Shown here: one piece after another, positions 31,491-32,000 of the stretch
Numbering within the stretch: the first letter of the stretch is position 1
Layout: each line of letters opens with the position of its first letter
Assembly: GCA_934691225.1 (NCBI GenBank)
Contig: CAKUSQ010000002.1
Span: forward strand, 27,372-59,371
Direction: 5' to 3'
DNA from: an uncultured Opitutales bacterium
GTDB taxonomy: Bacteria; Verrucomicrobiota; Verrucomicrobiia; Opitutales; UBA9783
Length of the DNA stretch: 32,000 bases
Program-made: the position numbers and the translations under genes
Notes under the pieces: generated by a model
Databases searched by the model: none
Seen by the model: the letters and a program-made list of their open reading frames with translations, nothing else
Told to the model about the DNA's origin: nothing

Positions 31491-32000
31491 TTACAAAAGT
31501 TTAGGTTCAGGTTGAATTCCCATATAAGTGATTAAGTCTTCAGCTATTTCTTTAAAAATAGGAGCTGCAACAACAGAGCCGTACGCAGTACCTTGCGTTT
31601 TAGGAGAATCTACAGTAATTGTAATTTCTATTTGAGGATTTTGGTTTGGAAAAAATCCTGAAAAAGAAGCAATATGTTGATTGTGTGAGTAACGTCCTTG
31701 GATAATTTTTTGACTTGTTCCTGTTTTACCGGTAACATTGTAGTTAGGTATGTAAGCTTTAGAATGTTCGGATAATAACAACATCGCGCGCATAGTTTGT
31801 GACGTTGTGTTTTTAATAACTTGTCGACGCGGATGTGGCAGAAAACTTCGAATGATTTCTCCTTTTGTGTTGTAGATTCTATGGATCCATTGAGGATAAA
31901 ACAAAGTACCTCCATTAGCGATAGCCCCCATAGCGTAGTGCATTTGAAATAAAGAACAAGCTAAGCTATGTCCAATTGGAAGTCGCGTAATTGTTAAACC
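31491..32000 (-). CDS. ftsI: Penicillin-binding protein 3 / FtsI-type transpeptidase, C-terminal part; gene continues beyond the right window edge
   Basis: KTG motif in VTGKTGTSQK. I checked that the frame stays open from 31943 to position 32000 (…GLTITRLPIGHSLACSLFQMHYAMGAIANGG…). Position directly upstream of murE. Confidence 0.85.
   Translation of the reverse strand, partial: GLTITRLPIGHSLACSLFQMHYAMGAIANGGTLFYPQWIHRIYNTKGEIIRSFLPHPRRQVIKNTTSQTMRAMLLLSEHSKAYIPNYNVTGKTGTSQKIIQGRYSHNQHIASFSGFFPNQNPQIEITITVDSPKTQGTAYGSVVAAPIFKEIAEDLITYMGIQPEPKLL

Noticed and set aside
1018-31915. The remaining short ORFs in the track: 1018-1248, 1811-2023, 3478-3675, 4042-4227, 5907-6137, 8387-8677, 11375-11632, 12023-12217, 14134-14514, 17586-17795, 20905-21111, 21575-21775, 23526-23732, 26806-27075, 28141-28416, 28172-28354, 29845-30090, 30252-30461, 31628-31915
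   Set aside because: Each is nested in or antisense to a longer ORF with clear family motifs. None shows a domain signature.
1-32000. CRISPR arrays, IS elements, toxin-antitoxin pairs or defence islands
   Set aside because: I noticed no spaced direct-repeat arrays, no transposase/integrase/Cas-like ORFs, and no small paired ORFs of unknown function. The window is dominated by conserved housekeeping genes.

Overview
This is an AT-rich, tightly packed chromosomal segment with 31 protein genes and 1 tRNA. There are six ATGA start/stop overlaps and most intergenic gaps are under 100 nt. I saw no rRNA, CRISPR array, IS/transposase, integrase or phage genes.

Left end: the non-flagellar type III secretion export-gate genes sctS-sctT-sctU. 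sctU runs off the window and is missing from the ORF track, so I translated it by hand. A STAS/RsbV-type anti-sigma-factor antagonist sits where sctR would be expected.

Next come housekeeping genes: a lipoprotein (possibly LptE-like), rpe, a PPi-dependent phosphofructokinase, an acidic orphan, tRNA-Cys(GCA) directly abutting a DUF2062 gene, an SF1 helicase, a 2-Cys peroxiredoxin, transketolase, a ClpX-like ATPase without a zinc finger, hisS, and a secreted coiled-coil LysM protein.

From about 15 kb to the right edge every gene is on the minus strand. In transcription order: ftsI(partial)-murE-murF, valS, an orphan ketosynthase plus specialised ACP next to waaA, tatD, DUF502, a short MscS-like channel, a DHH phosphoesterase, truB, ribF with a shrunken kinase domain, and comEC (no MBL domain). 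The last two genes form the most unusual locus: a strongly divergent FtsZ homologue translationally coupled (ATGA) to a prepilin-type protein.

Gene content (T3SS, WaaA, DAP-type MurE, PPi-PFK, Rsb-type STAS, short ComEC, fragmented dcw cluster, few Shine-Dalgarno sequences) suggests a host-associated diderm, plausibly PVC-superphylum or Chlamydiae-like. The taxon cannot be fixed from this window.

Main novelty candidates are the comEC/ftsZ-like/prepilin string, the STAS-T3SS linkage, the KS-ACP-waaA module and the atypical ClpX. All homology statements rest on by-eye motif recognition; no searches were run.
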